A program made the position numbers and the translations under genes. From Malacoraja senta (taxonomy: Eukaryota): a stretch of 64,000 nucleotides of DNA. Within the stretch, counting starts at the first letter, position 1, and each line of letters opens with the position of its first letter. This document shows, piece by piece, positions 14,005-26,553 of this stretch. The stretch lies in NCBI GenBank assembly GCA_038087875.1, contig CM075998.1, forward strand, positions 1,924,001 to 1,988,000, read 5' to 3'. The notes beneath the pieces were generated by a model. That model was not told the DNA's origin, ran no database searches, and was given only the letters and a program-made list of their open reading frames with translations.

Positions 14005-14416
14005 GATCTTATAGAAACATATAAAATTATAAAAGGGGATCTTATAGAAACATATAAAAGGACTGGACAAGCTAGATGCAGGAAAAATGTTCCCAATGTT
14101 GGGCGAGTCCAGAACCAGGGGCCACAGTCTTAGTATAAAGGGGAGGCCATTTAAGACTGTGGTGAGAAAAAACTTTTTCACCCAGAGAGTTGTGAATTTG
14201 TGGAATTCCCTGCCACAGAGGGCAGTGGAGGCCAAATCACTGGATGGATTTAAGAGAAAGTTAGATAGAGCTCTAGGTGATAGTGGAATCAAGGGATATG
14301 GGGAGAAGGCAGCCACGGATTATTGATTGGGGACGATCAGCCATGATCACAATGAATGGCGGTGCTGGCTCAAAGGGCCGAATGGCCTCCTGCACCTATT
14401 TTATTTGTTTCTATGA
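14005..14416 (+). mobile_element. CR1 LINE 3' end
   Basis: SRTRGHSL...KNFFTQRVVNLWNSLP...FKRKLD, followed by the GGGCCGAATGGCCT tail. Confidence 0.9.
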
Positions 14417-16214
14417 TATGTAGAACTCAGGCCAGTGATTTCACTGAATGTTTAATGAGTGGATTTATTGAAACCCACTTTTCAAATACTGACCATTTTT
14501 TTTCTTTGTGCTCACGGCTGAGTCACAAGCTGTGGACCAGCTGTGACCCAAGATTTGCAAATGCTGAATGGAAAAATCTTGTGAAGTTTGCTACGTGTTC
14601 AGATCTTGGTTCCCGTGCAATCAGATGTACACCGACAGGTTATTGCCGGAGCTAAAGAGGATTAACCTGTTTGGATTCAAGTTAAGATCCAAATCTGCAT
14701 TTTTAATCCATGTTCTATTTAATTCTTTAGCAGATAACTGAAGACATTCAATATTTGGCTCTAATATTTATACACAAAGGATTTGCACACCTTTAAACTT
14801 CTATGAATATACTTGTGGTTTAGGTTCACATGTGTGTTCCTGGACCACTTTTTCATTCACTCACTGACTGTCTTTGCTAGCTCTTTCTATCCTTTTTTTC
14901 TATTAAAGTTGAAAAACAGAAGTGGTACAAGAACTGTATAAATATACGTTATTGCAGATTACTGTAATGTAAAATACTTCTAATAAAAAATAAAAAAAAT
15001 AAAAAAAAAAATAACTTCTATGAATACCGTATTTACCTGTTGGTTCATAAGTTCTCGGAGCAGAATTATGCCATTCTGCCCATCAAGTCTACTCTGTCAT
15101 TCATTTGTGGCTGTTCTATGTTTTCCCCTCAACCCCATTCTCCTGCTTTCTCCCCATAACTCCTGACACCGTTACTAATCAGTTAGTGGAAAGCTATAGC
15201 TCTTGCTGTTGGATTCAGTACAATGCTGTGTCATGTAGACCAGTGGATTTAACATGGGTTTGCCTATTCCATGCCAGAATCTACCCTTTACAACATTGAA
15301 GAAATTTGCTCAGGTAGTCAGTCCTGTGCATGACTACAACTGATTATGTTCTGAGCTCCACAGGAACATATTGAGAATGCATCTCAATATATTGTGGGGA
15401 AAACCAGGCATTCCTTAACGAATGTCTAAACTGAAACTTTGTCCCAGCTCCCTTTCGAAGCGGATCCAGATAGTATCTCCTGGACATCCCTTATGTACAA
15501 ATGTTTGTCTGCAAAATCAATCATGACCTCTAAACCCAGATCATTGTAACTTTTATTTGGTTTGTCAACTTTTCATGGTCATGACCAGTTCTTCTCTGTC
15601 CCACATCATCCCCATCTGCCTCCATGGATTCTCTTTGGCCCTCTTTCCCAAAGGCTTTTCTCTCTAATTATTAGACTCAAACTTTCGACATCTTTTTATT
15701 ATTTCCACTTACAATCTGTTGTGCTAGCGCTCACGCAATGGCATTTATCTAATGACCAGTATTGTATACGGCCACTGGCCTCCAGAGAGTCATGTCATCT
15801 ATTTATCTTGTGGAACTAGTCCATGCTGCCTGCTAGATATTATGGTATCAGGGCAGAACCAACTGCTTCTGCATAGTTCTCTTTTGGTATTTGATTTGAT
15901 TTAATTTTTGTCTTCGTCTGTTATTCCTTGCATAAACAAACTCGGAATGAAAAAGAAAACACTGAGTTGTGGGAAGTCCTGTTTTAAAAATAATAAATAA
16001 ATCCTGAACATCCCCAGTAATGTGTTGAGCTAACACAAAATTCTTCTCCGGAGTACAGAACTGAAGAAGTGGTGCACTGTCAGCGATGCTCCCTTTTGAA
16101 TGAATGGTTAAATCATGACTCTAAGTGCAAAATGTGCAGGAAGGAACTGCAAATGCTGATTTAAACCAAAGATAGACACAAAAAGCTGGAATAACCCAGT
16201 GGGTGTAAAAGATG

Positions 16215-16450
16215 CATGGTGCAATGTAGACATCAAGAAGCGGGAATTATCATGTCCTGCCCAAAATCCCTCGACCAACATCTCCAAAACAAATGATCTG
16301 GTCATTGCTGTGTGACTGTTTATGGGACTTTGCGGTGGGTGAATTATTTGCCAGAACTGTCAATGCACACAATGACTTAATGTAGCTTGCTTGTTGCAGC
16401 AGACTTTGGGATGCCCCGAGGTTGTAAAAAGGCTGCAAGCTTGTTCTTGA
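16215..16450 (+). mobile_element. Degenerate DeuSINE (SacSINE1/AmnSINE-like)
   Basis: GTCCTGCCCAAAATCCCTCGACCAACATCTCCAAAACAAATGATCTGGTCATT resembles the Deu domain; other decayed copies near 24840-25000, 34900-35185 and 57590-57830 (-). Confidence 0.6.
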
Positions 16451-16579
16451 AGTTATCTTTTATGGTTGATGCATTAAAGTTGAAATGGATGTTTTTGTTA
16501 ATGTAATAGTTATAGTGTAAAAGATTGGAAACAGCTCTGCCTCCGCCTCTGCGCCTGATGGTGAGGAATATAGTTTTAT

Positions 16580-16831
16580 TATAGACAATAGACAATAGGT
16601 GCAGGAGTAGGCCATTCGGCCCTTCGAGCCAGCACCGCCATTCAATGTGATCGTGGCTGATCATCCCCAATCAGTACCCCGTTCCTGCCTTCTCCCCATA
16701 TCCCCTGACTCCACTATTTTTAAGAGCCCTATCTAGTTCTCTCTTGAAAGCATCCAAAGAACCTGCCTCCACCGCCCTCTGAGGCAGAGAATTCCACAGA
16801 CTCGCCACTCTGTGAGAAAAAGTGTTTCCTC
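16580..16831 (-). mobile_element. CR1 3' end on minus strand (similar copies near 5881-6102, 13125-13355, 15045-15180 and 30710-30832)
   Basis: Reverse complement of the CR1 tail, GGTGCAGGAGTAGGCCATTCGGCCCTTCGAGCC. Confidence 0.85.
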
Positions 16832-16914
16832 GGGATCAGTTGTGTGATGTTTTGATAATTGTTCTCTCTGCATCATAATCATAACTGTAAGCTTGCGTGA
16901 GGAGCTTTAATATA

Positions 16915-18444
16915 CAGTGGCTTGCAAAAGTTTTCATACCCCTTGAACTTTTCCACATTTTGTCACGTTACAACCACAAACGTAAATGTATTTTATTGGG
17001 ATTTTATGTGATAGACCAACACAAAGTGGTGCATAATTGTGAAGTGGAAGGAAAATGATACATGGTTTTCAAATTTTTTTACAAATAAAAAGCTGAAAAG
17101 CTGAAAATACTTTGTAGAACCACCTTTCGCTGCAATTACAGCTGCAAGTCTTTTGGGGTATGTCTACCAGCTTTGCACATCTAGAGACTGAAATTTTTGC
17201 CCATTCTTCTTTGCAAAATAGCTCAAGCTCAGTCAGATTGGATGGAGAGTGTCTGTGAACAGCAATTTTCAAGTCTTGCCAGAGATTCTCAATTGGATTT
17301 AGGTCTGGACTTTGACTGGGCCATTCTAACACATGAATATGCTTTGATCTAAACCATTCCATTGTAGCTCTGGCTGTATGTTTAGGGTCGTTGTCCTGCT
17401 GGAAGGTGAACCTCCGCCCCAGTCTCAAGTCTTTTGCAGACTCTAACAGGTTTTCTTCCAAGATTGCCCTGTATTTGGCTCCATCCATCTTCCCATCAAC
17501 TCTGACCAGCTTCCCTGTCCCTGCTGAAGAAAAGCATCCCCACAGCATGATGCTGCCACCACCATGTTTCACAGTGGGGATGGTGTGTTCAGGGTGATGT
17601 GCAGTGTTCGGTTTCCGCCACACATAGCGTTTTGCATTTAGGCCAAAAACTTAAATTTTGGTCTCATCTGACCAGAGCACCTTCCTCCACATGTTTGCTG
17701 TGTCCCCCACATGGCTTGTGGCAAACTGCAAACGGGACTTCTTATGGCTTTTTTCAACAATGGCTTTCTTCTTGCAACTCTTCGATAAAGGCCCGATTTG
17801 TGGAGTGCACGACTAATAGTTGTCCTGTGGACAGATTCTCCCACCTGAGCTGTGGATCCCTGCAGCTCCTCCAGAGTTACCATGGGCCTCTTGGCTGCTT
17901 CTCTGATCAATGCTCTCCTTGCCTGGCCTGTCAGTTTAGGTGGACGGCCATGTCTTGGTAGGTTTGCAGTTGTGCCATACTCTTTCCATTTTCGCATGAT
18001 GGATTGAACAGTGCTCCGTGAGATGTTCAAAGCTTGGGATATTTTTTTATAACCTAACCCTGCTTTAAACTTCTCCACAACTTTATCCCTGACCTGTCTG
18101 GTGTGTTCCTTGGGCTTCATGATGCTGTTTGTTCACTAATGTTCTCTGGCAAACCTCTGAGGCCTTCACAGAACAGCTGTATTTATACTGAGATTAGATT
18201 ACACACAAGTGGACTCTATTTACTAATTAGGTGACTTCTGAAGGCAATTGGTTGCACTGGATTTTATTTAGGGGTATCAGAGTAAAGGGGGCTGAATACT
18301 TTTGCATGCGACACTTTTCAGTTTTTTATTTGTAAAAAAATTTGAAAACCATGTATCATTTTCCTTCCACTTCACAATTTGTGGTTGCAACGTGACAAAA
18401 TGTGGAAAGGTTCAAAGGGGTATGAATACTTTTGCAAGCCACTG
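16915..18444 (-). mobile_element. Tc1/mariner DNA transposon, Passport-like IR/DR type, near full length
   Basis: TA|CAGTGGCTTGCAAAAG...CTTTTGCAAGCCACTG|TA; long terminal inverted repeats (TIRs), each with an internal deletion; 1530 bp. Confidence 0.95.
17107..18120 (-). pseudogene. Disrupted Tc1 DD34E transposase
   Basis: ORFs 17638..18120 and 17069..17623 give paired-like HTH, GRPPK, WSDETK, QQDND-34aa-E (SPDLNPIE); frameshifts near 17750 and 17162, in-frame TAA near 17651. Confidence 0.93.
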
Positions 18445-18734
18445 TAAGCATCCGTACCACTTCTGCTGCATTAGTAGTGTTGTTTTGTAACTTCCCATAT
18501 CCACATTTCTCTTGTGTAGGAAGGAGCTGTAGATGCTGGTTTAAACTGAAGATAGACACAAAAACATTTCTCCTCTTCTCTTTCCACCCCCACCCACCCT
18601 TGTTTTTAATGAAACATCAATAGAAGCAGAAAAAACGTAGGATTGAGTTGTTCCAGCATTTTGTTTTCTCAGAATTTGGAGCAGTTTGCAATTGCAAGTT
18701 GTTAGAATTCACTTTTCATTTTTGTTTTCTCCAG

Positions 18735-18870
18735 GTACTAACATAGAAAAGTCAGCAAAAGACTTGCAGCGATGTACTGTGTCTCTAGCCAGATATCGGC
18801 CACTTATTAAAGAGGAAATGGACGTTTCTATAAAGAAGCTGAAGGTGGCATTTGCTGAAATACAGAACTG
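18735..18870 (+). CDS. SPATS2: SPATS2 coding exon (conserved core)
   Basis: ccag|GT...AACTG|gtagg; (G)TNIEKSAKDLQRCTVSLARYRPLIKEEMDVSIKKLKVAFAEIQN(C); 136 nt, phase 1 to 2. Confidence 0.95.
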
Positions 18871-20879
18871 GTAGGTGAATCAGTGAAAATAAATTACCTT
18901 TGTCATTGGAAGAAACACAGTGAGTCAGGCAGAATCTGTGAAAGGCAAATGGACAGACAATATTTCGGGCCAAGACCCTTCAGGTTGATGGAGTAGAGGG
19001 GGAGATGGATAGTAGAGAGGCGACTGGAAGGAGTGAGGCAAGAGCTAGCAAGTGATCGGTGGATCCAGGTAAGGAGGGGTTGGTTAGGTGATTCAGCGGG
19101 AGGAGAGAAGGGTGGAAATGGTCATCAAGGCTGGAGGTGATAAGTGTACGGATGTTTGAATCTGATATTTAATTATATCCTGTTAGACCACACCTTTAAG
19201 TACAATAAATGTAAGCAAAATTGCACTTGAGTGCTTCAGGAATCTACCTTTCCTAAATTATGAAAGCCTATGATCCTGCATAGTTTTAATTTTAATTTGT
19301 CAGCACCACCCTCTTCCTCCCAACCCTGCCCTGAATTCCAGCAAGACGATAGTCAAGTGCTCTTCATGTGGCCTTTGGCATTTAGTGCGGACAGGTTTTC
19401 AACTATTTGGGGCATTGCAACGAATACCAAACCTTTGACTTTCCTGCATGTACAGTTTCCACCAAGAGCTAGCAGAAAAAACTTCTGAAAGGAAAATAAA
19501 CGTTGATTCCAGTTTTGGAGTTGGAAGCAGGCCTTTCAGCCCACGGTGTCAAGTGCCATTCCACGCTCATCCCATTTTGCGAGCACACGGCCCTTGGCCT
19601 GCAATGAATTGGTGATTCAAGTACTCGCCTTGATACTTTTTTCAATGCTGAGAGTGTACCTGTTTCCACTGTTGTCTCGGGCTGTGTGTTCCACACTGCA
19701 GCCACTCTGGGTGAGAACAAATTTTCCTCTGATCCCCTCTATCCCTCTTCACCTTTGCCTATATCCCTTGGTTTTAGACATCTCCGATATGGGGGGAAAA
19801 GTCTTCCCTCCACCTCGGCTCCATGGAAAAACAAACCCAACCTATCCATATCTAAAGGACACGTGAACTTTTGCTTGTTTCTACCCGTCCAGTCTTAAGG
19901 GTCTCTTCCCGAAACGTCACCTACTCTTTTTTTTTTTTTTTTGTCCAGATATGCTGCCTGACCCGCTGAGTTACTTCATCTTCTGTCTATCCAGCTTTTC
20001 GGCTCATTTACACCAATTTGTCATGTCTATCCAATTAACCCTGCACAGTCTATAAACTAAACTGACAACCTTTCCGCTGTGCTCATTGCAAATGATTTGT
20101 CCTCTGCTCAGTCTGTTTTCAAGCTGGTGTTTTGTATGCATAGTTGAGTAAATGTTTTTTAAATGCTTTATGCTGTATTTAAACGTACCCTATCTAAAGG
20201 ACGTGACCTGTTGCTTGTATCTACCTGTTTAAGAAAGAACTGCAGACGCTGGGAAAATCTAAGGTAGACAAGAAATGCTGGTGAGGCAGCATCTATGGAG
20301 AGAAGGAATTGGCGACGTTTCAGGTCATTTGCTGGAGTTTCTCCAGCATTTCTTGTCTAGCTTGTATCCACCTGTCCCGTTTGTGAATTAGCTTCAAATT
20401 AAGTTTCCCTTGATCTCGGCATCTCTGCTGCATTTTAGGATGTCAAATGGAGATTTGCCTGCATTCAAACGTTCTGTGGAATCGCATCGATGTTTGCCCT
20501 GCCAATGCTAATTTAATCTTCAGTTTAGGAATGATAGAAGCTCAATGTTCAAATATTTATACAAACCATGTCTCCTGTGTTTTCCAATCGATATCGCTTG
20601 AGACATTCAAGTCCATAAGACTACACTTGATGTGCACTTGCTGTATGACACTGACCAGCCCATTATTCAAAATCATGATGCTAGATCAGTGGATCCCCCA
20701 GGTGAATCTGCCAGACACATATCATCAAATGCTGAGTACACGGATACTTTAGAGGCATGCTCTCAAGCTACATCTCCAACCTCCACATGAAGTCTTCAAT
20801 TAGGTTGAATAACACTGCCTCATTCTTTTTAAGTGATTGTTTAGACGGGGGAGTCACTGAATCTAACGGCAGTCTTGGA

Positions 20880-21170
20880 TCAGTTTAGTTTAGAGATGCA
20901 GTGTGGAAACGTGCTCTTTGGCTCACCGACCAGCGATCCCTGCACATCAACACTATCCTACACACATCAGAGACTATTTATATTTATACCAAGTCAATTA
21001 ACCTACAAACCTGTACGCCTTTGGAGTGTGGGAGGAAACCGAAGATCTTGGGGGAAACCCATGCAGGTCACAGGGAGAACGTACAAACTCCGTCCAGACA
21101 GCACCCGTAGACGGGATCGAACCCGGGTCTCTGGCGCTGTGAGGCAGCAACTCTACCGCTGTGCCACCCG
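20880..21170 (-). mobile_element. tRNA-derived V-SINE (HE1-like)
   Basis: Minus strand has A/B-box-like GCGGTAGAG...GGTTCGATCCC and the V-domain GTACGTTCTCCCTGTGACC...CCCACACTCCAAAG. Similar copies near 1-187 (+), 38130-38435 (-), 49580-49827 (-) and 57215-57302 (-). Confidence 0.8.
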
Positions 21171-23455
21171 CCTGCCAGATCTTGCATGAGGTTTTGCCTT
21201 GTACGTCTTGGAGTTTCCAGTTCTTTTGAGAGCCCTGTGAGAGTGTGGGTTTTAAAGCCTTACAGAAATAATGAAAACTGCCTGGACAACAAAGCATAAA
21301 ATATGATAAGTGCCATGTGTGAAAATAAACTTCCATAGCCTATATACATGGAGTATGGCTGCAACTGATAATTTTCTTGCCTTTTCACCTTGTTGTCGTA
21401 GGTGGGACCTCGATACTTTGTTTTGAAATAAAAGTTTAAAATGAACTGATTAACTTGGCAATTCAACAAATTACTGTCGTTTTTATGGTCACAGGGCGCA
21501 CCAAGATTGTAAGCTGTAGTCTGATAACCTGAGTGAATCGTACAGAAAAACCCCGTGTGTCCCAGAAAGGATCTTGCCATTTAATGTAGCCCTTTTACGT
21601 AACTTTGAACAAATTCTTGGTATTTCAACAGTTAGCAACTTTGTGAAAAATCATTTGTATTTGTCATGTTTTGTTGTGGACTCAATTTGAAGTCTACATG
21701 GTGATAACTGGAAAGGATTAGATCATTTTATGATTGCCCTGCTCTACATTTTGCCCAACATATGTGACTGCCTTTGGGCCATTTGTTGTCACTTTCATTC
21801 TCTCCTGTTGCAAAAGTCACTGAACAGGAATAATAACCCTTTAACTTTCCTTTGGTTTGTTGTGTCAGGTCGTTAGACACCCTTCAATATTCAATATTTG
21901 GAGCTCCTCAATATTTGGAGGCGCAGTGGTGCAACAAGTAGTTGCCACCTCACTGCTCCAGTCACTTGGCTCCAAACCTGGCCTTGGGTGCTGCATGCAT
22001 GAAGTTTGCACATTCTTCCTGCGATGGCGTTTGTGCCACACCCCAAAGACAGCTGGTTGCTGGGTTGATTGTAAACTACCCCCAAAGCAAAATTGGGTGG
22101 GGAGTAGAGTGTGATAGATTAGGTTACAGGGAATAAATGGGAGAATGAGAACGATGGGATTACTCTTGAGAGCCAGCAGAGATTTGATAGGGCAAATAGC
22201 CGCCTCCTATGTCATGTGGGAAAAAATATGAGAACTGTGAAGTTATAATCTACAGATTCTGTAATGTCTTGTATTTCCAGCACAAAAGTGGTAATAATCC
22301 ACAATGTTGTAATGAGTAAAATCAAGAGCTAACCTTCAGCCATTAGATCTCTCACACAGATTGAAGCGCTTGTTTTATTTTAATTGCATATAAAAGTGGC
22401 TGAGACAGATTGCATATGTCAGGTTTGGAGCATTTTCCAAACTTAATGGTGACTCTAGCTCCTCCTTCCATTTGGGGTTATACGCTTTGTTGTATTAGTC
22501 TTCTAGATACCTGTAATTTGAGCATACCTGCCAAGTAACAACTTGGTTCAAACAAATGTCATGTGATTTACTTCAAAACGAAACTCAAAAATAATTGGAA
22601 GGGCGTGACCATTTCAAAACTGTAAAATGCTTTTGTGAACTTTAACACTTCAGCTTCATGCAGTTTTCCAGAGCTTGAGCATTCTGATTTAGTTTCCTCA
22701 GGGAAGGGAGAATCATTTTATAACCTAATTGCTCCAGTCCCATACGGCAGAGACTGGAGAAACGATGTTAACAGATGTCTGGAAGCTAATCGGCTGCCTT
22801 GTTTCAAGAGGTGCCAAATCTGAGGAAATCAGAAGGGGCAACAATAAGAATAAAAGGCGTATCCTACAAAAATGTCCTCTTAGTATAGAAGATTGTTTTT
22901 GTTTCTGCTGCACAGAATGCTTTCCTTAAATATGATCCCTTAGAACAGATCTTTGTTCTTTGCGGGAAGTGGAAGAGCCCTGAGAGCAGAAAAATGGCTT
23001 GTGAATAGAAACTGAGACTGTTTGCTGATGTATAGGGGAAATGCCATTGGAGCTGTTGGATAAGCTGTTTATCTAATCAGCGAATGACTAAATAATGCAC
23101 TATTTTACACTTCAATAAGAACAGTTGGAGTTATATATTAGTCTTAATAGTGATACAGTATACGATTATGAAAACCAAACTTGAGATGGTATCGGGTAAT
23201 AACAATGCTGATTTATTGGTAGACGCACAATACTGGAGTAACTCAACGGATCAGGCATTTCTCTGGAGAACATGGATAGGTGACGTTTTGGGTCGGGTCA
23301 GACCTAAGAAGGGTCCCGACCCAAAACATCACCTATCCATTTTCTCCAGAGATGCTTCCTGACCTGCTGAGTTGCTCCAGTATTTTGCTATATTTAGTTA
23401 GATGTGTGTTTTTATTTATGATTTTTTTTTTTTACTCAGACATGTTACCAAGACA

Positions 23456-23863
23456 TGTCGGTCCGCAATAACCAACCTGAACTCCCGGTGGCTCAGCACT
23501 TCAACTCCCCCTCCCATTCCGTATCTGACCTCTCTGTCCTGGGTCTCCTCCATGGCCACAGCGAGCAACACCGTAAATTGGAGGAAATGCACCTCATATT
23601 CCGCTTGGGCAGTCTACATCCTGGTGGCCTGAACGTTGAATTCTCCCAATTCTGCTAGCCCTGGCTGTCCCCTCCCCTTCATCAGCCATCTGGTTGTCTC
23701 CTCCCCTCCCCCAGCCCTCGGGCTCCTCCTCCGCCTTTTCCTTTTTTCCTTTCTTCTCCCCACCCCCTATCAGTCTGAAGAAGGGTTTCGGCCCGAAACG
23801 TTACCTATTTCCTTCGCTCCATAGATGCTGCTGCACCCGCTGAGTTTCTCCAGCATTTTTGTG
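23456..23863 (+). mobile_element. Penelope-like element 3' fragment (GIY-YIG endonuclease tail plus pseudo-LTR)
   Basis: ORF 23455..23658 PVAQHFNSPSHS...RKLEEMHLIFRLGSLHPGGLNVEF; TSD TACCAAGACA at 23446-23455 and 23864-23873. Confidence 0.85.
23771..23806 (+). ncRNA. Minimal type I hammerhead ribozyme motif (Penelope-associated)
   Basis: CUGAAGA-A-[GGGU UUCG GCCC]-GAAAC-GUU; stem I is very short and stem III is only the palindromic ACGU. Confidence 0.65.
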
Positions 23864-26498
23864 TACCAAGACAATCTGTTGTCTGCTCAACTTAGTACAA
23901 ATTCAAATAGTTTGACAGTTCAGTTTGTTGGTTTCAATTTCCCATTTACAATGTACATTTGGGGGGTTATTCCCCGGTTGCTTATTCCTTGAAAAATAAT
24001 ATAATGTTTAAACTCCATTAACCAAACATTCATCCAGGATGAATATGCAATTTTCCTGTAACCAACTCCATATTATCTGTCAGCCTCAATCAATAACATC
24101 ACAATGCTCGATTGCCTTCTGAGATTAGATTACAGGCTTTAAATTCCCCTCTGATCCACTTTACGGCAGTATCTTTAGCTATCAATTGAAGGAAATGTAA
24201 ATGAAATCGTATATCAAAATCTAGAACACTAACAAAACGGACATTGAGGGGACTGTTAAAAGCCATTTTATCAATCTAACAGAACTACAATATTTATTGG
24301 ATAAAATAAATTGATTGCTGGTGTTTCAAAAAAATCTCGGGCAAGAACTCGGGAACTTGTTGAAATGGCTGATTTTTAAGAAGTCTCGAGGACTGTGTGG
24401 AGAGAAACTATCGGCTAATCGTCCAGCCAGGCCATCTAATCATTCGGGGCATTAGCCAGCGGTACTTTTCAGAGTTGAATAAGGTGCTGCTAGCAGTGTC
24501 TGGTCCTTTGGGTTCCATTAATGAGCCAGTCTGATCAATTGGTACAGGAAACAATTATCAGACTACCGGGTCTACTGCATGGCATTTAAAATTTCCATCC
24601 TCTGTCACATCCTGATGCTACTTTCAGCACAATCACCGGATAAATGTAGGGCAATATAGTAGGGTGGAGATGAGAGGGGTGAATAAAAATGGGGTAGGTG
24701 GGGAAAATCAGATGGAGTAGATAATGTTCGAACCAAATACAGGAACCTGAATTAATATCGTCAGTGGTGTGTATTCAAGGTTTTGTATATCTGGATTGTT
24801 AGGTTATGTGTTTTGCACCACAAATCTAGCTTGGCACCTTAGCACAATAACGGAGTGCTGTTCTGTCAGGTGGTATCTTTTCGGCAAGGTATTATTATGC
24901 TGGATGGATTAAAGTCCTTTAATATACAAAGAAGCACAAGGGAGTCCTCATTGGTATCCTAACCAACAATTTCCTCTCAATCAAACTAGCAGAGTGACAG
25001 ATCTTGCAGTGAAAATGCTACATAAAGTGCACGTCAGCCTGTCGTTGCGGGATCGCTGTCATTTTTAACTCTTGCTCATCTGTTTGAGTCTACGTTTCAT
25101 TAATCCCACTGGGAATGAGGACCAATAAGATCAAAAGACTCCTATTAACCAAGCATCATTCTCTTTCTGTAGCATCTTTTTGTTTCCTGCTACTTGCCTT
25201 CATATTGAAAGTTTTTTCACATGCCAGGATTTTTTTTTTTTTAATCCTTTGTAAATTCAGAAAATATAAGAATCTCACAAAAGCACGAACTGCATAAGTT
25301 GCTGTACCTGTGCTGTGGCATTTTAAAATTCTAGCCGGTGTGCCATTTTTGCCCAGTCACATACAGCATCTAAGCTGATTTTATTATCTCATTTGAGAAT
25401 CCCAGAATTTCTGTGGCGGTATTTGCACTTTGCCAGATTTTAGTTTCCCATGTGGATGAGATTACAACTATTTATCTTGCAAGTAATAAAGACCAACAGC
25501 ACCAAAGGGTGCATGGAGCATTGTGCAAGTGTCTGTTCTACTCAAACAAAAAAACAACTTCTGTCCCTTCCTTAACATTTATCACAATTGTTGGTTTTAC
25601 ATTTGTTACCAGCAATGTGTTTCTCACCACCTTTTGGCAGATATTGTCACTGACATGAAGCAGATTAAGAAAAATCTGTCAAATGCTGACTGGTCAAGTG
25701 AAGGCTTGTTCCAGAGAGAAAAGATGGCCGGTCTTCAGGAATGATTATATTGCACTTTATATCCATGAAATGAGCTACAAATACAAGCCCTTTATGTATT
25801 CTATAGGGACCCTACCCTCTGCAAGTATCATGGTAAGTCTGATCTGAAATGTCCACCCCTCTTGCTATAGTAAGTGGGCGAGCATCATTTGTGTGCATGA
25901 TTGATGGGATTGTAGCTCAGAGTTTAGGTTACTGGACTAGCAACGTGGAGTGAAATTAAACTTGTTAAAAGCTGCGCTGCTTCCAGAAAAGGAACCGGTC
26001 GCACACCGATACAACCCTAGCCTACGTGTGCATGGGCGACTTTTGCAGATGAGGCTGCAAGTCGGTGATGCCCATGCCCTGAGATAAAATCTAAAATTGG
26101 TGCGTCACAGTTTGTTTTCAGTTCCTGCTTGGCACCATCAAACGCCACCAACCCCCACCCTTCAAAGAAAGAAAAAGCAAATAGCGGCACCGCAAATTAC
26201 AAAGCTGCGTTGACTGACCCCAGGGCTTATAATGTTGTCATACCTCTCCATTAGGAGCTGCCACAGGTGTGTTTGAAGGGCATGAAAATCTTCCTAGCTC
26301 GTAATTAATTTGACTCTGTTCCCTGTAGGCATGGGTCGAGAGCAGCAAACTGTCTTTAATTTGACACGGGCAACATTCTCATTCGGATAAGGCAGATTGG
26401 TATGGGAGGTGGAACAATGTTGTAGTGCAGTGGGATGATTTCTCCAGATTGTTGGTGCAGAGATGAGGGATCTTTGCACTTCGTCCCACCGTGATATG

Positions 26499-26500
<2 letters not shown>

Positions 26501-26553
<53 letters not shown>

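Noticed and set aside
20880..21170. tRNA-like A/B boxes
   Set aside because: They are SINE heads, not complete tRNA genes.
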